Positions 1 to 11,740 of a DNA stretch of 64,000 bases are shown piece by piece (the stretch's first letter is position 1; each line of letters starts with the position of its first letter). The stretch covers positions 1,056,001 through 1,120,000 of the forward strand of contig CM000436.1 of NCBI GenBank assembly GCA_000165345.1. Direction: 5' to 3'. The notes below the pieces were generated by a model. The model worked only from the letters and a program-made list of their open reading frames with translations. It was not told the origin of the DNA and ran no database searches. The position numbers were made by a program, and so were the translations under genes.

Positions 1-3000
1 CCTATGGAGGCTCACAAAAGCCATATGGTTTGTTTTGCTCTAGTAGCAATGGATGTTGGATTTGATAATCCAATGTTTGCAACAATTGAACAATCATATT
101 CTACAGAAAACGAAGAATTACAGCAAACAAAAAAACACCTAATTTTTTGGGAAGTTGATCTTGGTTTGAATTATGTTTCAAGAAAATCATCTCAAGTAAT
201 TACAGAAAGTTCTCATACATTAATCTCAGTACCAGGTGGAAATGACGGACCAAGTGGAGTTTTGGTTTGTGATTATAAAGGTATTATATATTGTAAAATG
301 GGCCATTCAAATATATTTTGTCCATATCCATTCAGATTTGGAGATTCTTCAGAGTATGGAACAATGATTGTGGCTTCATCTTTACATAAACTTAAAGGTT
401 TCTTTTTAATACTAGTGCAAACAGAATTGGGAGATATTTACAGAATTAATTTAATACATAACGAAGGGATTGTTAAAGAAATGAGAATTTATTATTATGA
501 TACTATACCTGTATGTAACTCGTTGCTTTTGTTAAGATCAGGGTTTCTTTTTGCATCACATGAATTTGGAAATCATACAAATTATCAAATTGTTTCACTT
601 GGGGATGATAAAACTGATCCATATACTTCTTCTTTACCTGACTCTAATGATTTAAAAAGAGTTTATTTTAGGCCAAGAAATTGTCAATGCATACGTAAAT
701 CCGAAGAAATACTATCTTTAAGCCCAATTACTGATATTAAAGTTATCGATACTAATAATGATGGTACACCACAAATTGTTGCTACTTGTGGTAGAGGTCC
801 AAGATCTACATTACGTGTATGTTCATATGGAAAAAATGTTGAAGAAATTGCAGAAAATCCATTACCTGGTAGACCAAGATGTATATGGACTTTAAAGAAT
901 GGTATTGATCCATCACTATCAGGTTCACAAGCTGAAGCTGCTATTTTGGATAATATACATCATTATATAATTATTTCATTTATTGATCGTTCGCTTGTGC
1001 TTACTATTGGTGAACATGTTGAAGAGACTAATGATACATTATTCACTTTAAATGAAACTACAATGTATGCTGCTTCTATGATATTTTATAATTCATTCCT
1101 CCAAGTTTTGGAGACACATGTAAAGTTAATTATTCAAGATAGAATTTATGACTGGAAAACTCCTGATTCAAGGAAAATTATTGCAGCTGATTCTAATGGT
1201 CGTCAAGTTTCTTTGGCATTAGAAGGAGGTTTAATAGTAATTTTGGAATTAAATGTTAATGGTGTTTCTGGAATTACCAATACGGGAATGGGAGGATTAG
1301 TTGAAGTGTGTAGAAGAGAAATCACTTGTGAAATCATATGTATTGGCATACAACAATTATCTTATTCAGGCCAGATGAGAAGTGATTATGTTGTTGTTGG
1401 TACATCTACAGAAAATGCCTTAAGACTTTATAAAATTGATTCAGCAGAAAAAAGGCTAAAGCAAACATGTACCCAGATCTTACCTAATTCAAATAGTATA
1501 CCAGAAAATGTTCAATTATATCATTCTAATAAATATGGCCACTTAATTTTATTTGTAGGTCTTACAACTGGTGTAATATTGAGTTGTAAAGTGGATGCAA
1601 GCAATGGTTCAATTAGTGATCCAAGAAGTAAATATTTGGGTAACAGAGGAGTGAATATATGTAGAATTATGAGAGAAGATTTTGGTGGTGAGATGAGTCT
1701 AGTATGTATGTCAAGCAGACCTTGGCTAGTTGATTCTCAGACTTCTGGTGTGAATTTTACACCATTACAATATAGATGTATTGATTCTATAGCTCCATTG
1801 AATACACATCAAGTTAACAATGGTTACGTAGCAGTTTCAGGATCCACCTTATTAATATTTCAAGTTACTCAAGGATTTGGTGAATCATTTTCTCAAAGTT
1901 CAATAAATTTAAGTTATACCCCACGTAAATTATTAACACTTCCTTCACCACAATTGTTTACTGGTTTAGAGACTTTAATGTCATCAGGTACTTTAGATAT
2001 TCCAAAGGATCAAATGATTGCAATAGTGGAGACAGATCATAATTCATTTGATTTTGGTACTAAAAAAGAGATTATTTTAGCACTTCAAAAACTTTATAAC
2101 GATAAACCTTTGGAAAATAATACAGATGTTAAAATGGAGGAAGTAGAAGAAGATGAAGAAAAACAAAAAAATGATTTAAAAGTTAAGGAAGATGGTGATA
2201 ATTTAGTAATGGATATTGCTCAAGATGAAGTTCAAGACTCTGAAAAAACAAAAATAGAAAAAATGTTATCAGAAATTGGTATACCAGGTGAAAGTGGTGT
2301 ACTACTTGCAGAGAGTGAAGTTGGAGGATTTTTTGCAGGAGAAGGTAAATGGGGTGGTTGTGTAAGGATAGTTAATTTAAAATCAATGGAAACTATACAA
2401 TTAATACCACTTGATACAAACGAAGGATGCATTTCTGCTTGCGTTTGTAAATTTGATGAGTTAGATTTGCCATGCTTAGTGCTTGGAACAGTATATGGAA
2501 TGAAACTTAATAGAGGATATAATAATAATAATAGTAATAATAGTACTGATTCAGCAAAGAATAATGATAAAGAAAATCACGATTCTTTTGGAGCAGCAAT
2601 AAAGATATTCAAGTATGATTCAAATTATAATTTTGAATTAGTGCATATAACTCCTATTGAAAATTCAGCAACAGCATTAACTGGTTGGAGAGGAAGATTA
2701 TTGGTAGGTATTAACAAGACTTTAAGGGTTTATTCACTAGGAAAGAAGAGACTTCTTAGGAAGTCAGAATATAGAAATATTCCACAAGGTTTAACTTGGA
2801 TTAAAGTAGTTAATGATCGTATTTTTGCTGGTGATATTTCAAATGGTGTTTTAGTTTTCAAGTTTAATAATACATCAAATCAATTTATACTTGTAGCAAA
2901 AGACCCAATGCCAAGATGGTTAACTTCTGCATGTGAGGTATTGGATTATCACACAATTGCAGTAAGCGACAAATTTGATAATATTATTGTATCAAGAGTA

Positions 3001-3477
3001 CCAGCTGAAGCTTCTGATGATTTTTCCTTTGTAACTTCATTTACTGATAATAATAATAGTCAATCATCTGCGCTAATGAGAACACACCAGATTAACACTG
3101 TAGCTCAATTTCATCTTGGCGATATTGTTACATGTTTACAAAAATCGCAATTAACACCAACGTCTGCAGAGGCAATTATATATGGTACAGTACTTGGTAG
3201 TATTGGATCGTTATCTCCTATATTAAATAATGAAGATATTGAGTTATTATCAAAACTTGAAATACTATTACGTAAGCAAAAATCAACTTTATTATCAAGA
3301 GATCATCTTATGTTTAGGTCATATTATTCTCCAGTACATAATGTAATTGACGGCGATTTTTGTCAGACTTTTACTATTTTAGATAGCCAAATTCAGTCAG
3401 AAATTGCTTCTAAACTAGATGTTACTGTTGAGGAAATCTACAAGAAGCTTGATGATTATAAGACAAGGTTATTTTAA
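1..3477 (+). CDS. SF3B3: Splicing factor 3b subunit 3 (SF3B3/Rse1), 5'-partial; one continuous exon, stop TAA at 3475-3477
   Basis: 1157-aa ORF. Its N-terminal part '...VAMDVGFDNPMFA...EVDLGLNYVSRK...VPGGNDGPSGVLVC' aligns, from memory, with a region near residue 170 of human SF3B3, so about 170 aa lie upstream of the window. The reading frame is open from base 1. Confidence 0.85.
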   Translation, partial: PMEAHKSHMVCFALVAMDVGFDNPMFATIEQSYSTENEELQQTKKHLIFWEVDLGLNYVSRKSSQVITESSHTLISVPGGNDGPSGVLVCDYKGIIYCKMGHSNIFCPYPFRFGDSSEYGTMIVASSLHKLKGFFLILVQTELGDIYRINLIHNEGIVKEMRIYYYDTIPVCNSLLLLRSGFLFASHEFGNHTNYQIVSLGDDKTDPYTSSLPDSNDLKRVYFRPRNCQCIRKSEEILSLSPITDIKVIDTNNDGTPQIVATCGRGPRSTLRVCSYGKNVEEIAENPLPGRPRCIWTLKNGIDPSLSGSQAEAAILDNIHHYIIISFIDRSLVLTIGEHVEETNDTLFTLNETTMYAASMIFYNSFLQVLETHVKLIIQDRIYDWKTPDSRKIIAADSNGRQVSLALEGGLIVILELNVNGVSGITNTGMGGLVEVCRREITCEIICIGIQQLSYSGQMRSDYVVVGTSTENALRLYKIDSAEKRLKQTCTQILPNSNSIPENVQLYHSNKYGHLILFVGLTTGVILSCKVDASNGSISDPRSKYLGNRGVNICRIMREDFGGEMSLVCMSSRPWLVDSQTSGVNFTPLQYRCIDSIAPLNTHQVNNGYVAVSGSTLLIFQVTQGFGESFSQSSINLSYTPRKLLTLPSPQLFTGLETLMSSGTLDIPKDQMIAIVETDHNSFDFGTKKEIILALQKLYNDKPLENNTDVKMEEVEEDEEKQKNDLKVKEDGDNLVMDIAQDEVQDSEKTKIEKMLSEIGIPGESGVLLAESEVGGFFAGEGKWGGCVRIVNLKSMETIQLIPLDTNEGCISACVCKFDELDLPCLVLGTVYGMKLNRGYNNNNSNNSTDSAKNNDKENHDSFGAAIKIFKYDSNYNFELVHITPIENSATALTGWRGRLLVGINKTLRVYSLGKKRLLRKSEYRNIPQGLTWIKVVNDRIFAGDISNGVLVFKFNNTSNQFILVAKDPMPRWLTSACEVLDYHTIAVSDKFDNIIVSRVPAEASDDFSFVTSFTDNNNSQSSALMRTHQINTVAQFHLGDIVTCLQKSQLTPTSAEAIIYGTVLGSIGSLSPILNNEDIELLSKLEILLRKQKSTLLSRDHLMFRSYYSPVHNVIDGDFCQTFTILDSQIQSEIASKLDVTVEEIYKKLDDYKTRLF

Positions 3478-4254
3478 GTGAAATTTTAAACAATTTTATT
3501 CTTATTATAATACTTTTCCAACTTAATTCATTCAATCAGATAAATCAATCATTTCATTCCTGTAATTAATTATTAATACTATATATATTCACTAAAACTG
3601 ATTAATTTTATTCTAAATCTAATATTTTCTTTTTCTTTCTGACTTATTTTAACTTCATTGTTTTGTAACTTCATTCCTAAATTTTCTCTTATTGGTATTA
3701 TTACTATTATCTTCCCACTTGCCGCCCATGCAGTTATTTTTCTTTTTTAATTCAATGTGGATAAAAATTACGTATACAACGGTAACCACGTAATTTTTAT
3801 AACATGTATATATGCATGCAATGCAAAAATGCATGGCAAGAGGGGGGAATGAGATGCCTGAAAAAATTAAAAGTGTGATTTTAAGGGGGGTGGAGAAGAA
3901 AAAATGATTAATTTGAGAAAATTTTATAAATGAAACGAAAGAATTAAAGAAAGTGAAAATAGAAGTCGAATTTAAAAGTAAAAAAAAAAAGTTGGTCAAT
4001 ACATGTGAATAAGTAAATATTTCAATTTATTACTGCGGTTATTGTCTAATAAGAAATTTTATTTGTATTAAACTTTCAACATAAAATAAAGTGGATATAT
4101 GCAAGTTGAAGAACAGAAAATAATAATATTACTTAAACAGAAAGAATTTTTCTAAAGTTAATTAATTTTTTAAAAAATCCATTCATAAACAAAGATTATC
4201 AAAATAAATTCTTAATTTATTAAAGTTCTTGTTTACGATAATCTAACATAAATA

Positions 4255-5801
4255 ATGTTTAGAGTAATGGATAGTCAAGTTTCAATCATAAGTTACCTTG
4301 GATTAACTCTAAATATATATATTACCATATTTGTTTCATTAATATGGGCATTATTTGTTCATGGAATGAAGTTATGGTTTGAAATACTATTTGGTGTTTG
4401 GATTTTACGTAGAATTTCCCCATTTTCAAAAATTCTTATTGAAAGATTATACAGATTATTAGGATTAGAGTCTGTTGTTTTAGAAAATAAGGATTTAAGG
4501 GGAACTGTATGTATTGTTACAGGTGGAGCAACAGGTATTGGAAAGAAAGTATCCGAGTTTTTTGTTAAATGTGGAGCAACCGTAATAATTGCAGATATAC
4601 AAGAAAATAAAGGCAGAGTTACAGCTTACAAGATTAATACAAATAACTCCTCTACAGGATTAGCAAGATATATGTATATTGATTTATCTGATGAAAAGTC
4701 CATTCGAAGTTTTGTTAAAAGATTTACATAGTAAGTTTTCAACTTGGATATATTAAGATAAATCCAAGAATGAATATAAATTGATTAAATTATTTATTAG
4801 TGATTATGACAGGCTCGATATTCTTGTAAATAATGCAGGAATTGGATCAGGATCAGGATATAGAAAAGAAGAATCAAATGATTTTGAAAAGTATATTAAT
4901 AAAGTATTTCAAGTTAACTATATAGGAACATTTATTTTAACAGAGTTATTATTACCCATTTTAAAAGTAAGTTTTGAGCAAGGCTTATTATCTCAACTAT
5001 CTGAGAAAATATATATATATGTATATATAATAACTTTTATTATTTGAACTTAGAATACAAAAAATTCAAGAATTGTAAATACATGCTCCCCATTACATAG
5101 ATTCTTTGGTTCTAATTTAAGAAAGATACTTGATTATTCACAAATTTTGGAGACTGATTATTCATATGGAGCATCTAAAGCAGCAATACTCCTTTATACA
5201 CTAAAATTAAGAAGGGATGCAATGGGTTTGACATTCTGTCAAACTTTTCAGACTGATAAAGTTGATGAAGGAGGAAATTATGACAATTTTCCTTGGTCAA
5301 CCTGCGTAAATCCTGGATCTGTAAATACTGGAATATTTCCAAAAGTATTTCCATATAGTTTAATATACTATTTTAAATGGTTCTTACTTGATACAAAAAT
5401 GGTGAGTTTAATTTTCATTCAAATATTTTCAATAATTAATTTTCATATTTTTTCTTATCATTTTTTGATAAAATAAAATTTCACCTTTTATTAATATTTA
5501 AAGGGGTCAGAAACTACCATTTTTGCTTCAATATGCCCTAAAGAGCAAGCAACTTTATATATGAGCCCATATTGGTTACCTGGAAATGGATCTTGGTTTA
5601 TAGATAGATTTGCTGATATATTAAGTAAGTATATTTCATAATTATACTCAACTTATTTATTTAATAATACTATCAGGTATATATGTTGGACCCCACTTCA
5701 CCGTCCCAGATCTAAATGATGATGCAGCTTTATCAGCAGAATATCTCTATGAGTGGACATACAACTATTGGAGAGCAAGTAAAACAAAGGAGGAAATTTA
5801 A
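4255..5801 (+). CDS. Short-chain dehydrogenase/reductase (SDR) with an N-terminal transmembrane segment; 5 exons: 4255-4730, 4801-4966, 5054-5401, 5498-5625, 5677-5801
   Basis: The three track ORFs (4255-4731, 4781-5047, 5147-5476) join through GTAAGT/GTGAGT donors and TAG/CAG/AAG acceptors. Splicing restores 'GIGKKV' (Rossmann fold), 'LDILVNNAGIG' (across intron 1) and the catalytic 'YSYGASKAA' motif (exon 3). All phases are consistent and the frame ends at TAA 5799-5801. Confidence 0.75.
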
Positions 5802-5971
5802 AAGATAATAAATATTAACAATATATGATATATTATATATATATGTATAGATATATTTATAAATATGCTATACATATACACAAATCTATGACTAAGTGAA
5901 TTGCCTAAGTTTAATAAAAAAAAAAAAAAGACGATACATATTCTCAATATTGTCTTTATTAAACGGATAGC

Positions 5972-6340
5972 TTACATTCTTATTCCTCCCCCAACTTGAG
6001 AAATCATTGCATCAATCAAATCTCCCTCCTGTAATCCAGCGTCTTCAGCTGTCATTTCTGGCCTTAAACGCTCACCTTCAAATAAGAAACGAATTGATTG
6101 TTCATTTTGGCCAGTTCTTTGACAGAAAGAATTCATCAATTTTTGTAAACGAGTTTTTTTCTTAATTCTATATAAAACTTGTTCCCCATCTGGACTTCTT
6201 ACCTTGACTGTTACATACTGACTATCATCAGAAGCTCCTCCTGTTCCTTGATCTATTACTGGCTTCTGCTCAATTTGATGTCCGTCATTACTCCCCTCGC
6301 CTGCACCCATACTACTATTATCTGTGAATCCTGGATCCAT
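5972..6340 (-). CDS. SUMO: SUMO/Smt3 ubiquitin-like modifier precursor (122 aa, ends ...QVGGGIRM)
   Basis: Ubiquitin-like fold signature 'VTVKVRSPDGEQVLYRIKKKTRLQKLMNSFCQRTGQ...IRFLFEGERL...DLIDAMISQVGG' with a di-Gly processing site followed by a 4-aa tail. Single exon. Confidence 0.9.
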   Translation of the reverse strand: MDPGFTDNSSMGAGEGSNDGHQIEQKPVIDQGTGGASDDSQYVTVKVRSPDGEQVLYRIKKKTRLQKLMNSFCQRTGQNEQSIRFLFEGERLRPEMTAEDAGLQEGDLIDAMISQVGGGIRM

Positions 6341-6768
6341 GTCTTTTTTTAAAAAAATAACTCAACACTTTTCCTAAATATCTATACTTCTCTCCCTTAT
6401 TATTACTATTACTATTGTTTTTCTCACTTTCACCTCCTGACCTTTCCCTAAATTCTTACTTCAATTCTTCTTCTCCACTAGTGTGGATTTTTAATATTAA
6501 TCATTCGAATTTGGCGCCTATACGTGTTTGGCGCCGCTGTGTTGCCGCCATTTGTATAATATATTTGTCGAAAATTTGTCAAAAGAAGAATGTATAGAGG
6601 AAAGTGGGAATATTTTCCGTAATTGAAGTTCACGAAGATGGATTTGAATTATTATTTAGCTCTTCAATATTGAAAAAGCGATTATTATTCTTTCTTGTTA
6701 ATTTCTTTTTCTTTTTTTCCAATTTTTGCCTTAAATATTAATACATGTTTAAGGAACTTACAATCCAA

Positions 6769-7839
6769 TTAGATCTTAGTGAATTTGGCTTGAATCCAAA
6801 CTCTTTGCATAGTAACTTGAGTTTTTCTATTAACAACTTCTCTAAGACAATAGTGATTTGAGATTACTTTGAATCCTGCATTAACAAATAAATTTTCAAT
6901 TTCTTCAATAGTAAAATAGTATGCGAATGTTCCATCATATCTAACATAAAAATTATCTGTGATTTTAGATTTACTTGATTTAGCAAATCTGAGTTGTGCC
7001 ATATCATACCTACCGTAATCTCTAAAAAGTAAAGTAGCTCCAGATTTCAGAGATTTTGAGCATCTTGTAATTACATCCTGGTGATGTTTTGGATGTATTG
7101 CAGATAATACAAAGATTAATAAGCCAAAATCTGCAAAACTTTCGGGACAAATATATGTTGGTATATCAGAATGTACTATATCAAATACAAATCCTCTAAA
7201 TCTAGTGCATGGCTTATCTGAATCTTTTAAACAATTAAATGGACATATTTTTGAATTTTTTTCATTATTTTCATTATTTTCAAGATTAGCCAAAATCTTA
7301 TTCCATCTTTCTTCAAATAAAGAAATTGCTCTTGAAGAACAATCAAATCCAATACAATGTAAATCCTTTGAAATTTGTAATAATGGTATTAAAGAATTAC
7401 CTACTCCACATCCAAATTCAATTAATACTTTAGGATTCATATCATCTGATATATTTGTACTATTAGAAATTAACTCTTTAAACTCCTTATCTATCCAATG
7501 TCTATCTAGAAAGAAGTTTATATTATTTCTTTTATAAAACTTATCCCAATTCTTTACAGATTCCTTTATATATTTGTCTATTAAAAAGTTAAACCAATAT
7601 TAATTACATTCAATTTTTTTTAATTTCTATTTAACTCACCTTTCCAAAATTCTGTAATTGTATCTTTATCTGAATTAATAATTTCTTGAGCTTTACTTAT
7701 TATATCCTCAGTTAATTCAAATTTTCGAACTTATTATTTAAGTTAATATTCCCCACTTTTTTTAAAATAATATTATAAACTTACCTACTTCACTGTCATA
7801 GAAATCTAAATTTCCATCCTTAATTGACTGAGCTTCCAT
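6769..7839 (-). CDS. METTL2/METTL6/METTL8-family methyltransferase (about 317 aa); 3 exons on minus strand: 7785-7839, 7640-7729, 6769-7577
   Basis: The track ORF 6769-7440 stays open upstream to 7577 and encodes 'WDKFYKRNNINFFLDRHWIDKEF' followed by 'FGCGVGNSLIPLL...GFDCS' (SAM motif I). A minus-strand GTGAGT donor sits at 7639 with an AG acceptor at 7578. A second intron spans 7730-7784 (GTAAGT donor, weak AAG acceptor). The ATG is at 7837-7839. Total CDS is 954 nt, in frame. Confidence 0.7.
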
Positions 7840-8394
7840 AATTACTTTAATTTCAAGATCTTTAGTCAAATCTAAGCTTATTCTTTGTTACCTCCCTTTT
7901 AATATATATATATATATCTATTTTTTAATATATTGAATATTGTGCAAAGTATTAAAAAAAAAAAAAAGAAAGAAGTCCTTATTCTAAACTTTTAAAAATC
8001 GAAATAAAAACTCAAAACCTCTTCCATTAATCACTAAACTTTTCCAATAGACTTAATATAGGAAATCCCATGAATTACTTCTTCAATGTTTTTCTTAATA
8101 CTAAGCGTTTAAAAAAGTTGGCGCCAAAAGTCAAATCAAGAATTTATTTTATATATTAAATAATAATTAAAAAGGTAATTTGAGGATTGAAATAAATATT
8201 AATAAATTGAGTTTTTTTTCTGCTTTTCAAGCAAAAGGGTATAGTTTTAGTAAATATTGTATATATTTTACTTTTGTTATTCCTTGAATTGTATGAACTA
8301 TTGCTTTCTAAAGAAAGCTTTAATAGGAAAATCAGGATCTGGGAAGGAATTGGGAAATATATAGAAATATTAAAACATAATTAAAAGTATTAAA

Positions 8395-10431
8395 ATGAAG
8401 GATTTATTAGATTCAGATGGAGAATCTGGAAATCTCCATGATACCAATACTTTAAAGATTAATGAAGATTACAAAAGAAAATATGATGAAAGAAAGAGAA
8501 AAGAAGCTTTATCAAAAGCAAAAGAACTATTAAAAAATGATAGAGAAGGAGAAGATGATGATGAGAGCTATTCTGAGTCAGATTCATCAGATGAAGATGA
8601 GGATTCTGATGCAGAACTTTTGGACTTAAAGACTCAAAATAAAATACTTGAAACTTTGGATAAAATAAAAAAGAAGGATCCTAGCATTTATGATAACTCG
8701 CATGTAATATTTCCAGATTCATCGGATGAATCTGATGATTCTAATGAATCTGATATAAAATCAAGTAATTCTAATACCCAAAAAAATAGTAAACCAATGA
8801 CTTTTAAAGATTACGAAAGAGAGATTTTATTAAAATCTCAAAATGATGAAGAAGATAATGAAATAGTTAAAAAAGGAATATCTAAGAAATTAGGTTATGA
8901 TAAGGAACAAGATGAGCTAAAGAAAGCATTTCTTAAAGCAGCAGAAGGATTAGATGAAAGTGAAGACGAGTTATTTTCTGGAACTCTGATTAAGAAAGAT
9001 AAAAGTAAGGAAGAGCTTGAAGAAGAAGAAAGAAATTTTAAATCATTCCTTACACGTAATATAGAGGAAGGAGGAGATCCAATAGAATCTTTAAATAGAT
9101 ATTGGGGTCCTGAGGAAGATTTGGATGAAAATGAAAAGTTTTTAAGAAATTATATATTAAATCAAGAATGGAAAGAATCCAATAGTCAGAAAAGAATTAA
9201 TGATGAAAACTCATCAAGTTATACAATTCAGACAGAAATGGACGAAGAAGAAGATGAGAAACATTTGGAATTATCAAATGAATTTGAAGGTATATATAAT
9301 TTTAGATACGAAGAACCAGGAGCTAACCAACAGATTATGGGATACTCTAGAGATATATCATCCCTAAGAAGGCCAGATGAACGTAGAAAACTGAAAAGAA
9401 AAGAAAAAAAAGAGAGAAAAGCTGAGGAAAAGCTTAGAATGGAGGAGGAATTAAAGGTTTTAAAGAGTATGAAGAGGAAGGAAATTATTGAAAAGCTTAA
9501 AAAGATTCAAGAAGTTTCAGGAATTAGCTGTATTTCAGATGAAAAGTTGGATTTGGAAGGAGATTTTGATCCTGATAAACATGATAAATATATGGAGGAG
9601 CTCTTTGATGATGATTATAATGAAAAGAAGGAAGATCTTTCATTATGTGAGATTTTGGAAAATAATGATGAAGGATTGAATGAATTAAGTGATGGGAATA
9701 TAAAAAATGAGAAAGAGGCCAAAAAACATAAAAAGAAGCTTTTAATGAAAGAAAACCAATTAAATGACGAATCAGAAATAAAACCACCATCTACTTATGA
9801 AGATGATGACTATGTATGGTGGCAATGTGATGGTTGTTTGAAAGAGATTCTTCCAAATAAGAAAAAATTTGATTGTAAAGTTTGTGAGAACTTTACTCTT
9901 TGTAAGTCTTGTTGTAGAAATACCAACCACGAGCATCCTCTTGAAAAGAGTCGTGTACCAGAGCCAATTAATAAAGAATTTAATGATAATGAAGAAGCGG
10001 AAATTGATGAAATGACCAGTTCTAACAGGCTGAATTTGAGATATGGAGACAATGAAAAGATTAATAGTTTGTTGGATGAATATTATAGTCTCCATTTTGA
10101 AGATGTTTTAGACAATGGTAAGATGCCAGTTAGATTTAAGTATACAAATGTCGAAAAGAATGACTATGGACTTAGTGTTGAAGATATTTTATCAATGGAT
10201 GATAAAGCATTGAATCAACATATTTCTTTAAAGAAGCTGGCTCCATATAGGGTTGATAAGAAGAGAAAGTATTCACCACCAGTAAATACTTCAAATGAAG
10301 CAAAATCTTCGAATAATATGAACAAGAAGCATCATAATAAGGGTAATAAATTCAAACGAAGTTATTCAAATAATAAGAATTCATTAAATACATCCCATAT
10401 TAATAAGCATCGTCTTGAATCTTACTATTAA
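8395..10431 (+). CDS. KRI1: KRI1-like ribosome-biogenesis protein (678 aa) carrying a Cys-rich ZZ-type zinc-finger-like insertion
   Basis: N-terminal 'LKINEDYKRKYDE', acidic Ser/Asp runs and 'LETLDKIKKKDPSIYD' resemble the KRI1 N-domain. C-terminal 'VRFKYTNVEKNDYGLSVEDILSMDDKALNQHISLKKLAPYR' resembles the Kri1 C-domain. 'WWQCDGCLKEI...CKVCENFTLCKSCC...HEHP' lies at aa 469-509. Confidence 0.7.
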   Translation: MKDLLDSDGESGNLHDTNTLKINEDYKRKYDERKRKEALSKAKELLKNDREGEDDDESYSESDSSDEDEDSDAELLDLKTQNKILETLDKIKKKDPSIYDNSHVIFPDSSDESDDSNESDIKSSNSNTQKNSKPMTFKDYEREILLKSQNDEEDNEIVKKGISKKLGYDKEQDELKKAFLKAAEGLDESEDELFSGTLIKKDKSKEELEEEERNFKSFLTRNIEEGGDPIESLNRYWGPEEDLDENEKFLRNYILNQEWKESNSQKRINDENSSSYTIQTEMDEEEDEKHLELSNEFEGIYNFRYEEPGANQQIMGYSRDISSLRRPDERRKLKRKEKKERKAEEKLRMEEELKVLKSMKRKEIIEKLKKIQEVSGISCISDEKLDLEGDFDPDKHDKYMEELFDDDYNEKKEDLSLCEILENNDEGLNELSDGNIKNEKEAKKHKKKLLMKENQLNDESEIKPPSTYEDDDYVWWQCDGCLKEILPNKKKFDCKVCENFTLCKSCCRNTNHEHPLEKSRVPEPINKEFNDNEEAEIDEMTSSNRLNLRYGDNEKINSLLDEYYSLHFEDVLDNGKMPVRFKYTNVEKNDYGLSVEDILSMDDKALNQHISLKKLAPYRVDKKRKYSPPVNTSNEAKSSNNMNKKHHNKGNKFKRSYSNNKNSLNTSHINKHRLESYY

Positions 10432-10657
10432 TTTTATATGATTAAATTATAAGAATGGTTTGAATCTTGTTAATCATATTTTATTTGTCTAATATTGTAA
10501 AGATTTGATGAAATATTTACCATTCATATTCCTCATTATTAGTGTTTTTAAAGTTAATTTATAAGTATTATTTATATTTTAAAAAAAAACCAACTTGTTT
10601 CTTTTTAAATAAGTGTTATTTAATAATCAGTTAATACTTGTTTATTATTGACTAATA

Positions 10658-11740
10658 TTATACAACTTTTTCACCATTCACAGTAATTTGAGGATTAAAC
10701 CCAAGTGAATCTTTAACAACAACATGTTGGTTTCCTTTGGATTTCAACCAATTAACAACATTAGACTGTACATTTCCTGCCATTTGAATTTGTTTCCTTG
10801 CAATTTGTTCAATCCATCTTTAAATTTTAATAATTAGTAAGAAAATAAAATGATATAAACTTGAAATATAAATATACTACATATACTTACCTTAAATCTT
10901 TTGTAGTAAGTGCAGGTACTCCTAATGAAGAATCTGATAATCCAGTATTTTCTATAGTACCCATATTTTTTGAGAATGTAATTCCACTATTCTTGCAGAA
11001 TATCTGAGTAATTATCAAATAAGTTAATATGATAATTTTGTATAAATTTGAATTAATTCAAATAAATAAAAAAAACTTACAGCTTCTGTCAACTTATTCA
11101 TCATTTCGTTTCTCTCTTCGTCAGACTTTGCACACATAACTACAGGTGATCCATCGAAATACATTCTGAAACATTTTCTGCTATTTTGAACAGATTCCAA
11201 AGGAACCTCAATTTTATTAAGTGAGAAACTTCTTACAAGGCTTTCTGGATTTTTTAGGTCTGTCATAAATAATAAATCATCCTTAGTAATTTTTACTCCA
11301 AGAAGATCGACATCGAAAATATTTCTTGGATCCAAAGCTAAAGCTAATTCACCTGAAATCATTACAGAACAGACAGGATCTCTTGGTGAATCAACTACTG
11401 GCATACTAGTAACAACATCTCTTTGCTTTAATTTATTATTTGTAGCATCATTCATTGCTTTTTGGTAAACTGAAACAGCTGATGAAACTGCTTCACTATA
11501 AAGCTTTTCAGAATCTTTCTGGCTTATCTGGGATTTACCTTCCCCAATTACTGATACTGGTTCGACATTTGCACCGATTATTTTTCTTGCAGTTTGTATT
11601 AAAGTTGTGATTGTACCAGGTAAAAATTGTGGCTCTAATAAACCAAAATCTGATGTTGAACGGGTTAATCTTGCATGAGCATATTGGCTCAATCCTGCTA
11701 TTGATAGTAAATTAATCAAAAAGAAAATTCTCATTTTCAT
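10658..11740 (-). CDS. Secreted hypothetical protein, paralog A (signal peptide; 3 exons on minus strand: 11081-11740, 10891-11003, 10658-10817)
   Basis: N-terminal 'MKMRIFFLINLLSIAGLSQYAHA' is signal-peptide-like. Track ORF 11024-11740 reads through a GTAAGT donor at 11080; introns are 11004-11080 and 10818-10890. The spliced frame continues '...NKLTEA|IFCKNSGITF...KDLR|WIEQIARKQ...NGEKVV*' to a TAA at 10658-10660. About 18 of 50 residues match the product of gene 12398-13742. Confidence 0.65.

Noticed and set aside
3655-3999. ORF 3655-3999(-), 114 aa, F/L/N-rich
   Set aside because: It lies entirely in the AT-rich intergenic promoter region of the SDR gene and overlaps the ATGCATGCA boxes. 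It has typical AT-rich-noise composition and no coding periodicity.
7205-7537. ORF 7205-7537(+), 110 aa
   Set aside because: It is antisense to the well-supported methyltransferase exon with no support of its own.
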